A program made the position numbers and the translations under genes. The notes beneath the pieces are model-generated. The model did no database searches, had not been told where the DNA came from, and worked only from the letters and a program-made list of their open reading frames with translations. A stretch of 64,000 bases of DNA. It comes from Hydrolagus colliei. Lineage: Eukaryota. This document shows, in pieces, positions 38,764 through 53,152 of this stretch. The stretch is from positions 5,828,001 to 5,892,000 of the forward strand of contig CM068763.1 in assembly GCA_035084275.1 (NCBI GenBank). Reading direction: 5' to 3'. Position 1 is the first letter of the stretch. Each line of letters starts with the position of its first letter.

Positions 38764-40099
38764 CCCACTTTTGTCTCGACCAGGGGGGGGGGGGGGGGGG
38801 GGTGCGTGCGCCTCCCCCCAAATTATAAAAGGTCCACATTTTCCGGGGTAGAGAATTGTATTTTTTATCAAATATAAATACCAAGTAAAGTAAATTTATT
38901 GAGCATTTGTTTAACAATCAGTTCTTCGAAACTATGTATAAATTATAAACACACACCTTTGAATGTTTTAGTATTAATATAAAATTATCGAGTCGCACAC
39001 CAGAATCGGCGTCTCCCCCAAACATACCGCGTCGATAGACCAGTCCATGACGCGGCGAGTCTGTGACTCGTGACTGGATAAACATTGGCGCCAAGACTCA
39101 AATCCATCCTCGTTTGGAAATCATCCCGTAAACAGCCACAAGGGGCAGCACCACTACTGGAGTTAAATCATCTTTTCATCTGATCACCGTAAGTAAACAT
39201 TGCTCAAGTGTTGAGAGGTGTGACTGTAACGCTAGCAAACAATGACAACATATTTACAAGCTTCTGAGAAATTAAAGCTTTTGAGAACCCAACAAGAAAG
39301 TTATATGTGTCTGGACGGGAATGCCTATCTTTAAAAAAGATACTCATGGACGTAGGCCTAGGCTTTAGCGCCTATTCCACGTGGTGTGTCAATCGGAAAT
39401 CATCCCGTATACAGTCACTACATAAAAAGGTAGCACCACTTTGTGGAAGCTGAAATCGTATTTTAATCTGATAAATGTCAGTAAAAATGACTTAAGTTTT
39501 GATAGGCGTGTTTCTGAAATATCATGTTTCTTGTTTTGTCTGGATTATCACATTTGATTTATATTATTAAAGATGTATTCCTGTCATTAAAAATTGCTTT
39601 TAGAGACGTCCACTGGCGTGCAAAAAACATATGACCGCAAAAATAAACACCTACAGCTACTTTATTTCACATTCAGTTTTGTACCCTGAGTGAAACAACA
39701 TCAATGTCGCACGAATTTGGCATAAAAATAGTTTCACCGTCAGCTGAACTCGGGCATTGACAACCACACTTCTCCACTGATCCCTTCTCCCCACGCAGCC
39801 TGACAACTCCCGCCCGCCAATACCCCAATCGCGCTCCAGAGTAGCGAGTATTCGACTTTCCCAAACAATTTAGACTCGGACTACCGGGGAAAATAAAAAC
39901 ACTGAATAAATAATGATGCTCTTAAACACCAGGGGCGTGAAACATTTACCTTCATATTGGATCTTCTGAACCGATTAAATAAGAAATCAAACTGTGTAAA
40001 ATGTCGGAGCCTCGGGGGCGGCCCGCAAGCCCCCGGCCATTGTTGGTCCCATCACTAGCCATCCGCACCCCCCCATTAAACATCCTGAGTACGGCCCTG
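38764..40099 (-). mobile_element. Probable non-autonomous hAT-like DNA transposon at the duplication junction
   Basis: Right end reads CAGGGCCGTACTCAGG on the minus strand (hAT-like terminus). GC-rich subterminal regions, CpG-containing AT-rich interior, no long ORF. No matching TIR found at the left end. Confidence 0.5.
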
Positions 40100-41570
40100 A
40101 TTTGGTCCCATTTTTACACCTCAAACTCCCCTAAACAGCGGCTCAGTCCGGCTGCCTGACCTCACTTCCTGACACCCTTTTCATACACGCCAGGGTCAGG
40201 TAAGTGTATTTGCATCCTTCAGCTTGATTGTGCTCCCCGCCCTGTCTGTCTCAGGAACCTAAGCCAAACCCCCCTCATCCCCTCACCCATCCCCTCCCCT
40301 CCCACTTTCCTGTCTCCAATAGCCGTAGATTGAAAACAGTCGTGGATTGAAATGAGCAATTTTTATTATTGTGGGTTTTTTTGCACGGAATATTATTAGG
40401 CGTGTGGAGTAAAGAAACTTGCCCAGGGTTTCGCCCGGATCTGCTTGGATTTGAACACAGGTTTCACACTTTTAAGACCACAATAATAAAAACTGGTCAT
40501 TTTCAATTCATGACTGTTTGTGGGACGCTGCTGTGCGCAATTGGCTGCCGCGTTTAGCCCACAAATATACAGTCAATTAACTTTACAGTATATTCTGTGA
40601 AGCGCTTTGAGAAATTGATAAGATCTGAAAAGCGCTATATCAAATGCAAGGATAATTATAATAATAATAATTATAACCACTGAGCTACGGTGATATGATG
40701 GCCCCCGCGCCTGGAGCAACAGGAACTTGTCCTCACCGGTCGCTCCTACTGCACGTTGGTTTGGCCGTTGCCTCGGCTTCTCTGGCTCCTTTGTACAGAA
40801 TGGAGACAGAATGGAGTTTCTCACCCCCCAGGGCCCACCCACAGACTATTTCCCCCGGCTTTTGTCGACAATAAACTTCGACCCTCGCTCACTGCTCTCA
40901 GTTCCCGCTCGCTCAGTTTACCCGGGTTTCTCAAGATCTTGCCGGTCACTCAGATCAGGCTTGTTCCACACCTGATGGGACTGAGACCCTCACTGACATA
41001 TCTAATACATTCTGAGATCAACCTGACACCTCAATGTGCCCAACTTCTGGCTTAACAACCTGAGATTGGTTTCTCACCGAGTCGTGGCTGGAGTTCACCC
41101 AGACCAAGGTTGTTCCCCAAGTTCAGAGTCTGGTCACAGATTACCGTCGCTGTTTAATGAGGCCAGACTGGAACCCGCGCCCCTCCTCGCTCCGTTCACT
41201 CCCCGCAACCACCCAACCAGGCGCCACAGTGAAGAGCCCATTCAGAGTTTGTCTCAAAAAAGTTAAGGTTTATTATTAATTATACTTTTTACAACAAAAT
41301 GATAATGTAATGATAATATAATATTTGTAATAATGTGAATACATGCAATAATAATATGAAAAGTACAAAATTGTGGAATGAAAATAGTAATAAGAAACAT
41401 AAAACTTAACACTCAATATTAATAATGCAAACTGTAGAAATGTAACTTAATGGAAACTTAACAACAATAACGATAATAATAATATAATAATAAGATGGTC
41501 CTCCAAAGATAGGAGCAGAGGAGCCACAGTCCAGCGAGAGGAGAGGAGAGGAGAGGATTGTCTGTTGCCC

Positions 41571-44500
41571 TCAATCCTCAGCCCTTTTCCTCCAATGAAA
41601 ACAGCACCAGCAGCATTTTCTGTGGGTATGAGAGGAAACATCAATGAGTCCCAGGTAGAACAGGAAACAGCTGGACATTAACAGGGAGGTGTCGATTAAC
41701 AAGTCCATTCAACCTATTTCACCCCAAATATCTCCCCCTCACAGCACCAGCCGTTTCCTCAATAAGCCTCAGTGTGCAACTGAGAAAGCATCACCATGAG
41801 AGTGTCACTGTACCTTTTCTTCTTCTTCACTTTCTTTTCAGCTGCTGCTGCTCCTGGTGGGAAAGTAAAAAGACTTGTTGACAATGACCCTCCCACACGC
41901 GAGCCATTCCCGCCAGACCAACTGTTCTGCAAACCTAAAGGTCTCACTCGGCTACAAGCAGGATTCGAGGATTAGGAGCAAAATGATTGAGAGACGAGGC
42001 TCGAGTGGAGGAGGGAATGAAACGCGGAGTGAGATCAGGCCTTTGGACCGGGCAGCTCAGCAAACACAAGACCCTTTCTCCTCCAGGATGCCACCTTCTC
42101 AGACATGCTGCTGGTTCAACTTCCCTGGAAAGGGTGACAAGCTGAGGGGATCCGCTGGGATCTGAAGCCACAATTCCTGTTCCCAGGTACAGTCTCCAGC
42201 CCCTGAGCTGATGGGCAGAGACACCCCCTGCCCCACTGGGTGAGGAGCCACTGAGTGGGGATCACACCCACTGTGAAACGGACAGAGACTTTTGCTTACC
42301 CCTGGAGAGTTCCTCCCTTTTGTCTTCTACTGATGTCTGTGGAGACAGAAATTGCTAGAGATTAGACAGTGTCATTGAAAATCAGCTTCAAAACAGTCTA
42401 GAGCTCCGTGCACCTCCTGCATATCTCCTGGGATCATATCATTTTTTACATTACCTGATCACTCTGGCTCTCCTGTACTTCCTCCTTCGACTGTTCTTCC
42501 TAAAGACAAAGTGAAAGCTTCAGCCACTCGCTCACAGCCTGGCTTAGTGGTACCATTCAGGCACCTGTCACAAAGTTGTGGTTTGAAGCCTTTGATTGTA
42601 CCAAAGGCAAGGATTATTATGGTAATCATTATTATCCAGACTTATGGCAGCGAGGTGACAAGTGACCGGCAATGTACAGGTGATGACATGATACTGTCGT
42701 GTATGTTAGCGAGCACCACTGTGTAAGCTGCTATGTAAAATCCCCGCTACCCCGTGCCCTTAGACAAAAACAGTAACTCACTGGCCTGCCGTCAATCACT
42801 GTCTCTAGGACATCCACGTGAACCTCTTCGTTCTCCCCCATCAACAGCTCTTCCAGCTTTGTGCTAAGTCGAACAAACAACAATTTTCCCTTAAAAACAA
42901 TTCTGCTCAGAAACAACCGACTCGGGTTTCAAGGCACTTCACACAGTTATTGGGAGCTCCGAGCAGCCGGGGGAATGGCAGGGTTTGAGTAGGGCAACTG
43001 AAGGAACTGCTAAAATGACTTGTTTCTCAAAGAACAGTGAAGGCAGAAAGATAGTGTGCGAAGCAAAGGAATTTGGGGGGAGTTTGCGTAGAGCGGGGAC
43101 ATAGGAAAACCCTTACTTGCTGCTCGCCTTGTGTGTCTCCAGGGAGATGCTGTTGAGCTGGAGAAGAGACAGAAAGGAAAGGATTAACTGCCGGCTACGC
43201 CCTGGAGGACATCTCTGTCTAAAGACATTGCATGGTTCAGCTGGAGAATATCAAGCATCCAAAGCACCGGTGAAGAGTTTTGAGAAGTCTGAATAACATA
43301 ATAAAGCAATGTTTCAAATGGAAGGATTATTATAATTATTATCCAGACTCCTGAAAGCGAGGCGTCAGGTGGTGGGACTTGTTGCTGCGCTGGACGAGAC
43401 TGTGATGTTACCGGTCACCACCATCTATGCTGCTCTGTAAACCACCTGCTCCCTCAACCTGTCAATTACACAGTGACTTGCCAGCCTGCCCTCACTCACG
43501 GTATCGTGGAGGTCCACATCTAAATGTTCTTCCTGCTCTGGAACCAGCTCGTCCTGATGTTCCCCGAGCCTAAGAAACAACAACAACAATTTGCCTATGA
43601 AAAATATGTCACTCACATTGTACTCAGGTCTCAAAGACCTTCACATACATTCCAGGAGCTATCAGCTGCTGGGCAAAGGGCAGGGTTTGAGGACAGTGAA
43701 CAAAGGAACGGCCAAAGTCATTAGATTCTGAGAGAACTTTGAAAGAGAAGGTGCAAGGCAGAGGGATTTTGTGCAAAGTGGGGAGATAGAAAAAACCTTA
43801 CGTGCTCCTCGCCTCATCCCTCTCCTCAGTAAAGCTGATGACCTGGAAAAGAGACAGAAAAGAAAAGGATTAGCTGCCGGTAAGGCACTGGTGGACATGT
43901 CTGTCTGAAGACATTGCAGGATTGGGCTGGAGAATGTCAAGCATCCAAACCCGGCTGCGCTGTAACTCGATGAGTCTCTGGGTCTGACACTCACCAGGTT
44001 GGCTTGAGGCTCCCCCTTAGCCTCGGTTGGCCTCACCAACTGGTCAATTGTTGGGTGTTCTTTATCCTGAAATACAAAGAAGCTGTCAGTGTTTGCAGAC
44101 TAACTGTCTTCACTCTAACTATCCTTAACTATCCAGAGACTTGGGATGTCTTCTCCAATGCAGCAGGGTGAGAGAGACACGTTTGCTGTGTGCGTTTGCT
44201 GGGAATTATCCAGAGATTGCACTCACAACTCCTGTTTGTGTGAATATCGTCTTCGACCATATATCTCTCCACACTCCCAGTCAGGAGCTCAACGAGACCT
44301 GACTGAGGTTTAAAATTTGGGAAAGTATTTACAGTATCACTGGTGAAGAGGTTTGAGAAGTCTGAATAGCGTAATAGAGCAATGTTTCAAATGGAAGGAT
44401 TATAATTATTATCCAGACTCCTGAAAGTGAGGCGTCAGGTGGCAGGGACTGTACGGTGGGACTTGTTGCTGCGCTGGACGTGACTGTGATGTTACCGGTC

Positions 44501-47500
44501 GCCACCATCTATGTGGCTCTGTAAACCACCCGCTCCCTCAGCCTGTCAATTACACAGTGACTTGCCAGCCTGCCCTCACTCACGGTATCTAGGAGGTCCA
44601 CATCTAAATGTTCTTCCTGCTCTGGAACCAGATCGTACTCAGTTGGCCTCTTCAACTCCTGGTCAGTTGTAGGGAGTTCTTTATCCTGAAATGCAAAGCA
44701 GCTGTTAGTGTTTGCAGACTAACTGTCTTCACTCTAACTATCCTTAACTATCCAGAGACTTGGGATTGCCTTCTCCACTGCAGCAGGGTGAGAGAGACAC
44801 GTTTGCTGTGGGCTTTCGCTGGGAATTTTCTAGAGATTGTACTCACACCTCCTGTTTGTGTGAATATCGTCTTGGATCATATATATCTCCACACTCCCAT
44901 TCAGGAGCTCAATGACACCTGACTGAGGTTTAAAATTGGGGAAAGAATTTACAGTATCATTGGTGAAGAGGTTTGAGAAGGCTGAATAACGTAATAAAGC
45001 AATGTTTTAATAAATGGAAGGATTATTATAATTATTATCCAGACTCCTGAAAGTGAGGTGTCAGGTCGCAGGGACTGTACGGTGGGACTTGTTGCTACGC
45101 TGGACGTGACTGTGATGTTACTGGTCGCCACCATCTATGCTGCTCTGTAAACCACCCACTCCCTCAGCCTGTCAATCACACAGTGACTTGCCAGTCCTGG
45201 CCTCACTCACGGTATCTATGAGGTCCACATCTATGTGTTCCTCCTCCTGTTTTGGAACCAGCTCGTCCTGATGTTCCCCGAACCTAAGAAACAACAACAA
45301 TTTTCCTATCAAAACGATGCCACTAACATTGGACTCAGGTCTCAAAGAGCTTCACACAGATTACGGGAGATACGAGCAGTCGGGCAAAGATTTGAGGATA
45401 GTGAACAAAGGAACGGCCAAAGTCATTAGATTCTGAGAGAACTTTGAAAGAGAAGGTCCAAGGCAGAGGGATTTTGTACAAAGTGGGGAGATAGAAAAAA
45501 CCTTACATGCTCCTCGCTTCATCCCTCTCCACCGCAAAGCTAATGACCTGGAAAAGAGACAGAAAGGAGAGAATTAGCTGCTGGCAAGGCACTGGTGGAC
45601 ATGTCTGTCTGAAGATATTGCAGGATTGGCCTGGAGAATGTCAAATCTTCAAACCCAGCCACGTTGTGACCTGGTGTGTCTAGGTATGACACTCACCACT
45701 TCGGCTTGATGCTGGTCTTGAGCCTCTTGTGGCATTGCCAATTCAAGGTGAAGAGGAGAAGAGTGTTCTTCATCCTAAAACACAAAGCAACTGTTATTGT
45801 AAGCGGACTTGGTGTCTTGAATCTATCTATCCATAACTGTCCAGAGCATCTCTAAAGCAGCAGAGAGTGTCTAGTTTGCTGAGCGGTTCCTGTGTGTTTT
45901 AGCTGGAAATCAACTGGAAAGTGTAATCCCCTTTTTTGTGGGACATTGCTGTGCACAGCTGCCTGCAAAGTTTCATCCACGAAATACACTTTATAGTAAC
46001 TCCAATGAAGAGCTGTGAGACGTCTGGGATAACATGATCAGCCAATGTATCAAATGCAAACATGACTATTACTTTTATTATTATTATTATTTGTATTGGC
46101 TGATTGGAGGGCTTCAAAAGTAGGGATCCCGTGCACCTTTTTAGCATTACTGCTTGCTGAGAAAGAAATGGATTGTAATTCAGCCTGGCTCCCAGTCACA
46201 CATGGTCAGGATCACAGCGATCCTTGCCCACCAGACCACAACAACAACATCAAATGATATTTTTGTAGAGCATTTCCTGTCTGGAGGACATCACAATACA
46301 CGAAAGACAGTGAGCTTCCTATGGGAAATAGTTTACAGTAACTCCGGAGAAGCACTTTGAGAAATTGGAAAGACATGATAAGTGCATCAAATGGAAGGAT
46401 TCTAGTTCAAATAATTACTATCCAGACTCCCAATATCAAGATGACAGGGATTGTACGAGTGGTACGTGGTGCTGCGCTGGATGTGACTGTTACCAGCGAA
46501 CACCATCTATACTGCTCTGTAAAATGCCTACTCCCGCGGCCCATCAGTTACACAGCCACTCGCCCGCCTGCCCTCACTCACGGTCTCTGTGACATCAATC
46601 ACTTGTGTGACCTCCTTCTCCGGCACCTGGTCTTCCTCTTCCACGTTATTCCTGAGCCTAACAAACAACAACAACATAAACACTGCGGCTCTATTGCACT
46701 CACGTTCCAAAGGGCTTCACACAGACACCGAGAGTTCCGAGCAGCCGGGAGACGGGTAGGGTTTGAGGATAGCAAGCAAAGGAACAGCCAAATTGATGAG
46801 TTTCTGAGCGAACGTTAAAGGCAGAAAGAGCAGGTCAGAGGCAGAGGGGTTTGGGGGGAGTTTGTGGAGTGTGGGGACAAAGCAAAAACCTTACTTCTTC
46901 CTCGCCTCATCCCTCTCCGCGGTAATGGTCTTGATCTGGAACAGAGACAGAAGGGAAAGGATCAGCTGCTGGCAAACACACAGCTGCCGTATTTGTCTAA
47001 AGACATTGCAGGATTGGGCTGGAAAATGTCAAAGCTACAAACCCAGCTGCCCTGTAACTTGGTGAGTCTCTGTCTGACACTCAACACTTTGGCCTGCTGT
47101 TCAAGGGCCTCTTGCGCCATCACCAGCTGCAAGTCGAGCGGCGAAGAGATGCCTTTTTCCTGAAACACAAAGCAGCTGTTAGTGCGTGTGGACTCAGCAT
47201 CTTGATGCTAATGATCCTTAACTATTGAGAGCTTTGGGATGTCCCATCCACTGTAGGGGAATGAGAGGATCTAGTTTCCTGTATTGTTTATGTGTGTTTT
47301 TCCTGGAGATTCACTGGGGATTGTCCTCCCTCCTCCTCCTCCTGTAGCCTCTCAGATCAGGGAAAACTCCACACTCCCGAGACATTGTTCTGGGTATCCC
47401 AGTCAGGAACTCAATGCCACCTGACACACACTTGCCAGCCTCCCACTGACTGGGATGGTAGCTGTCAGTGTCGAGTAGTGCATTTGGATCAGGAATTGGC

Positions 47501-48706
47501 ATGTGCTGGATGCCGAAGGTGGAGTCCCAAGTAAAGCTGGGGCTTATGTATGTGTTCCATTGGCTAGTTCAGTGACCGATGTGGACCCATGTCTCCCAAT
47601 GACTGTCTCTCATTCACTCCTTGGCTGTTTGTGGGCATTGCTGTACGCAACCGGACGACGTGATCAGCCACTGAACCAAATACAAGGATTATTGTTGTTA
47701 CCTGGTTGGAGGGGGAGGATAACAAAAATTCCCAGCACCGTGCAATCATTATTTCTTCTTCCTGAGGAGAAAAAAATGGATTGTCATTCAGCCTGGCTCC
47801 CAGTCAGGTGGTCAGACACATGGCCCTCTTCACCCAGCAGACCACAGCAACAATAAATTACATGACTTTCAAATGCACAAAAGACAGTGAGAATAATTTG
47901 GGAAATAGTTTACAGTATCCCTGCTGAAGCGCTTTTAGATGCCTGAATGACCTGATGAGGCGCTGCATCAAATGGAAGGATTAATATTATTAGAATTATT
48001 ATCCACACTCCCCACAGCGAGGAAAGAGATAGGTGAAAGGGATTGTACAAATGAGATGTGTTGCTGCGCTGGACGTGACTGGGATGTTACCGGTCACCAC
48101 TGTCTACGCTATTCTGTAAATTGCCAGCTCCCTCGGTCCGTCATTTACACAGTGACTTGCCCGCCTGCTCACTCACGGTCAGTGGGAATGTCATTCGTTG
48201 AGATGCTTGTTCCTCCCCTCCTTTTTCAGCATTCTGTTGCCTAACAAACAACAACAAATTGCCATGATAAACAAAGATGTTAATATTGGTTTCAAATAAC
48301 TACACAGATACCGGGAGCACCGAGTAAGGGATGGCTACGGTTTGAGGAATAAGTGATTAGTTTCTGTGGAGTGTCTAAAGGTAGAAACATAGAGTTTGAG
48401 AAAAAGGGATTTGAGTTTGCGGAGTTGTTTCAAAACCTTTACCTGCTCTTCTCCTCCCTCTCCGCTTCGATGCTCTTGACCTGCAGCAAAGACACAAAGG
48501 AGAGGATTAGCTGCTTGCAAGGCCCTGGCGACAATTTCTCCCTGAAGACATCGCAGGATTGGGCAGGAGAATGTCGAGTCTCCAAACCCGGCTGAGCTGT
48601 AACTCACTGAGTCTCTAGGTCTGAAACTCACCAGGTTCGCTTGGCGCTCCTCTTCCTCCTGAGCCCATGCAAGCGCCAGGTCAAGATTGTCCAGATGCTG
48701 TTCTTC
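41571..48706 (-). CDS. Multi-exon gene, copy 2 of the repeat-protein family (two splice-site changes; possibly an altered isoform or an early pseudogene)
   Basis: Exons 48632-48706, 48443-48480, 48177-48240, 47085-47159 (donor GT>TT at 47084), 46895-46935, 46582-46657, 45697-45774, 45507-45547, 45211-45283, 44584-44685 (fused exon), 43995-44066, 43802-43842, 43500-43569, 43117-43157, 42782-42863 (shifted acceptor), 42455-42499, 42300-42336, 41814-41853, 41571-41619. All exon-length changes versus copy 1 are multiples of 3. Ends KCCWCCFHWRKRAED*. Confidence 0.72.
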
Positions 48707-51700
48707 CTGAAATACGAAGCTGCTGTTAGTGTGTACGGACTCCATGTCTTAACTCAAAGCTGTTCCTCTGCTCAGTGGGCACCGGCCAACTTTGTGTCGC
48801 CTGCCCTGCTCTTTATTGATTCGAACCCGCAGCTCAGCCATGGTTGAAATGGATTGTCTTGAGAAGGGACATGAAGAAGGCAAGACCGTGGGTAAAATGG
48901 AGGGATTGTGGGTCAAAACTCCACAATGTGGGGGCAGAGATCTGAATGCTCGAGAGCTAAGGTTAGGGCAGCAAATACTTTGAACCTGATGTCCACCGAA
49001 CGGAGGAAGCAGACAGACTGATTTGGGACTAAGACATCAGAGGAGCAAGACCATGGAAAGCTTTGAAGCTTGGAATGAAGTATTGAATGAGCAGCAGTGA
49101 AGACAGGCAAGGATGTGAGGGATCGGTTTGCGGAGCTTGGCAACGAATGGGACATGAGCTGCAGAGTTATGAATAATCTGCAGTTTCCAGAGGGAGAGTT
49201 GTGAAGTCAAGTGAGCAGGAAGTTGGCAAAGTCAAACATGTCTCCTGTATGGTGTTTGTGGGAAACCTCTGTGTGCAACTGATTGCCATATTTCGCCCGA
49301 AAATACACCGTCACTACACTTCACAGTATATCCTTGACATGTCTTGACAATGTGATTGGTGATATTTCAAATTATATTACCTCATTGGATGCATCCGGGA
49401 ATTTCTCCAAATGCTCCCTCAACGATAGTTTTTCCTGAGAAAGAAATGGATTGTCATTTAGACTGAATCCACCCCAGTCAGACGGTCAGGCACACGGCCC
49501 TCCTCATCCAGCAGACAGTGACAATACTGTGGGAAATGGTTTTAATATTGATTTTTCCTGATTCTGACCCAGACTCTAATGTCATTCAACAGATCACTGG
49601 CCTTGGACATTCCCAGACTGACGGGCTGTGTACATGGGCAGTGAGAGTGCGAGATCTCCTGAACTGTGTCTGGGTGTTGGGGTGTGAATATTGACTTATT
49701 GACTGGACACTGTGTACACCCTGCCGCACCCCTTGCTGTGTGTTGGAGGAGCCTCTCAGATCAGGGAGATCTCCACACTCCCCGGCCACTGTCCTGTGCG
49801 TCACAGTCAGGGGCTGAATAACAACTATTTAAATTTGCCGCCTTGTGTCCCAGAATGTGTGTCAGGCCCAGGACATCCTGTGATGGGACTGTCAATAACC
49901 TCTCATCTCTTTCCCCCTCCCAAGCCCCGCCCATGCACTCACTTTGGGACGTGGTTTCTCCTCCTTTGCCTGTGAGCGCTCTGACATGCTGTCTGGCTTG
50001 GAAGGCCCAAAGTAAATAGGAGGCTTTGTTGTTGTTGTTTTTGTAGCAGTAGTAGTCGTTGTAGTTGATGTTGTAGTTGTTGTAGTAGTTGTTGATGTTG
50101 TAGTTGTTGTTGTTGTCGTCAGTTCTCTGGCCTCCAGGTTTGTAAGGCTGAAGAGAGATTATAATAATAATGATAATAATCCTGGCTGCTTCCTGTTTCT
50201 TCTATTCTTGATGTTGTGCAGTCACTGCTTTTACCTGATGATCCCACCCTCTCTTCAGCCCCAACGGACAATCAGATGATTCCCCACAAACCCATCGCCG
50301 GGTCTGACATCACAATCCCCCCCCTGTGATACCCTGGGGTGTCAGCCTGGAGACATCATCGTCTGACCCCACCCACATCAACAGCCAATAGACAGCTCTG
50401 CCATCACAATACCCCGTTAACATGTGACTCACAGAGGAGAAAATGATCCCACATTTTTGCAGCATTTCAAACTGTCAGCAACAAAAACACATTACATTTG
50501 TACAGCACCTTTCATGTCAGGAGGACATTACAAATCATCAACTCCTCCTAATTTCATTCCTGAATGGCCCAGCCCTAATTATAAGATGACGACCCCTGGT
50601 TCTAGATTCCCTCACCAGTGGAAATAGTGTTTGTAACCACCTTATCAAAACATCTATAATCTTTTGTGTCGATCCTTGTCAAATATCTTCTGAAAGTTCA
50701 TATAAACAACATCCATCGACACTATTATCCACTAATTCAGTGACCACCTCAAAAAAATCTAACTGAATTAGTTAGACACAATCTACACTTCTCAAACCTA
50801 ACTCTTTCACAAGCTCATACCTCTCCAAGTGTTCACTAATGTTTTGACGGGTGATGGATAACCCCGTTGAGCTGTGACTCACAGAGGAGAAAATGTACCC
50901 ACATTTTCTAATATTTCAATAACAGTTAAAACTGACAGCAACAATATTAACGTGGAGTCCTGTAGCTCAGTGGTTAGAGCACTCACCATTTAATTGAGAG
51001 ACCTGGGTTCAATTCCAGGCAGGGCGAAACCTTATTAGGCGTGTGGAGTAAGTTTTGTTGCTCCACACGCCTAATAATAATCTCTAAAAAAGCAATAATA
51101 AATTGGTCATTTCAATCGACTGTTTGTGAGACACTGCTGTGTGCAATTGGCTGTCGCGTTTGGCCACATAAATACAGTAAAATCACGTTATAGTATATTC
51201 TGTGAAGCACTTTGAGACGTCTAGAAGACGTGAAAAGCACTATATCACATGCTAGCATTATTATTATTACATTTTTATAGCACCTTTCACATTGGGAGGA
51301 CGTCGCAAATCGTAATGGATATTTCAAAGCTGCTCCATACAATCAAGGCCGCGCACTCCAGAGAAATCTGTTCTTAAGGCTTTTGAATAAAAACACAGAA
51401 ACAGGAGTTGGTCATTCAGCTCTTCGAGCGTGTTCCTCCATTCTATAAGATTTAGGCTGATCTGTTAGCTTCAGTCCAATTACAGTATCCAGTTATAATT
51501 TGTATCTTGGTGGAGTCCTGTAACTCGGTGCTTAGAGGAATCGCTTTACAAGCGAGAGACCTGTGTTCAAATCCAGGCAGAATGAAACTTTGGGCAAGTT
51601 TCCGTTCTGCCCAAACCTAATAGTAATACCTCCTAAAAATTAAATGAATTAATTGAATACTACATAAATCATTACTAGTTTATAAATCATAATTAATAAA

Positions 51701-51774
51701 TAAAATCTAAATAAATATGATTTTTTAAAAATCCACAACTGTTTGTGTGACACTGCTGTGTACAATTGGCTGCT

Positions 51775-52395
51775 GCACGCGTACATCACCTCACAGCTGG
51801 ACTATGGAAACTCTCTCCTCGTTGGCCTCCCCAGCTCCTCCATTCACAGGCTGCAGGCCATCCAAAACTCTGCAGCCCGTGTACTATCCCGCACCCGCCT
51901 CCGTGTCCACATAACCCCCACCCTCGCCCGTCTCCACTGGCTCCCCATCCTCCAGAGGATCGAGTTCAAGATCCTTGTCCTCGTTTTCAAAGCCTTACAG
52001 GGCCTCGCACCGCCCTATCTGTCCGATTTACTTTCCCCCTATAAGGCCACCTGGACCCTCCGTTCAGCAGGACTTGGTTTGCTCCAAGCCCCCCGCCCAA
52101 ACCACCCCACCATCGGAGTCCGGGCCTTCAGCTTCTCCGCTCCCACCCTATGGAATTCCATCCCCCAATCCCTCCGCCTTGTTTCTTCCCTTTCCTCTTT
52201 CAAGGCCGGTTTGAAGACTTTCCTTTTCGACCGTGCCTTTTGTTCCCCACCTAACTTTTCGACCTCCCCCACGTTTTTCACCCCCTCCCGAACACTCCCC
52301 TCCCAGCTCAGGTCACACGCCTCCTGTGCAGGGCCTTGGGATGTCCTCCCGACGTGAAAGTCGCTCTATAAGTCTAATTTTTGTTGTTGTTGTTG
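51775..52395 (+). mobile_element. L2 fragment duplicated with the segment (paralog of 37915-38540)
   Basis: Nearly identical 204-aa ORF. Confidence 0.9.
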
Positions 52396-53152
52396 CTGTG
52401 TTTTGCTCAGATATATACAGTCAATTCATTTTACAATATATTCTGTGAAGTGCTTTGAGATGCCTAGAAGGCATGAAAGCACTATGTCAAATGCAAGGAT
52501 TATCATTGGTAGAAGTGGTAGTAGTATTATCCTACACACTTACCACATATCCCGTAATACCCTGACCCAATATATTGGTCAGAGTTTTAAGGCTGTGGAG
52601 AGAAAGCGGGCCAGTGGGATTGAGTTTGATTGCTCTTTTTGCCTTTCTCCTTTTTGGATTGCGCCTTTCACATTGGGGGGATGTCCAAGCTGGTGAAAAA
52701 GAGTTTGGGGACCGATGGGCCTTGCGATGAAAGCGGGTGATTGGCTAGTCACGGTGGCTGTTGTTGGACAGCCAATGGCATCTGCTATGGTGGGCACAAG
52801 AGAATTTGTAGACTGGAGCGGAGGGAGACTGTAGACGGTCGAGCAGTTAGCTGAGTCAGATAGGAGAGAACAGGGATGGAAGGATTTGGGGGAAGCAGCT
52901 CGGGTCAGTGGCGTACATTGTAAGTGTGGACCCTGAGACCAGGAGCAGATTGGTTGGGGTTCAGTGTGGCATTGTTAGCCGGCCGTTGAGGAAGACCATG
53001 GGGTGAGACAGACAGAGAGACAGACACTCATGAGCTCTGCAGAGGGCGGCCTCGGGCCCTTCCATCATTCAGGTTTCGCTCTACTGGGTCCAGCCTCCTC
53101 CTCGCCCGCCCAACCCTCCGCTATCAGCAGTTGTGTTTTCACAACTGCAAAG

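Larger units (their letters stand above)
40100..52618. repeat. Segmental duplication unit, copy 2
   Basis: Collinear, high-identity match to 22857-38763. Confidence 0.92.
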
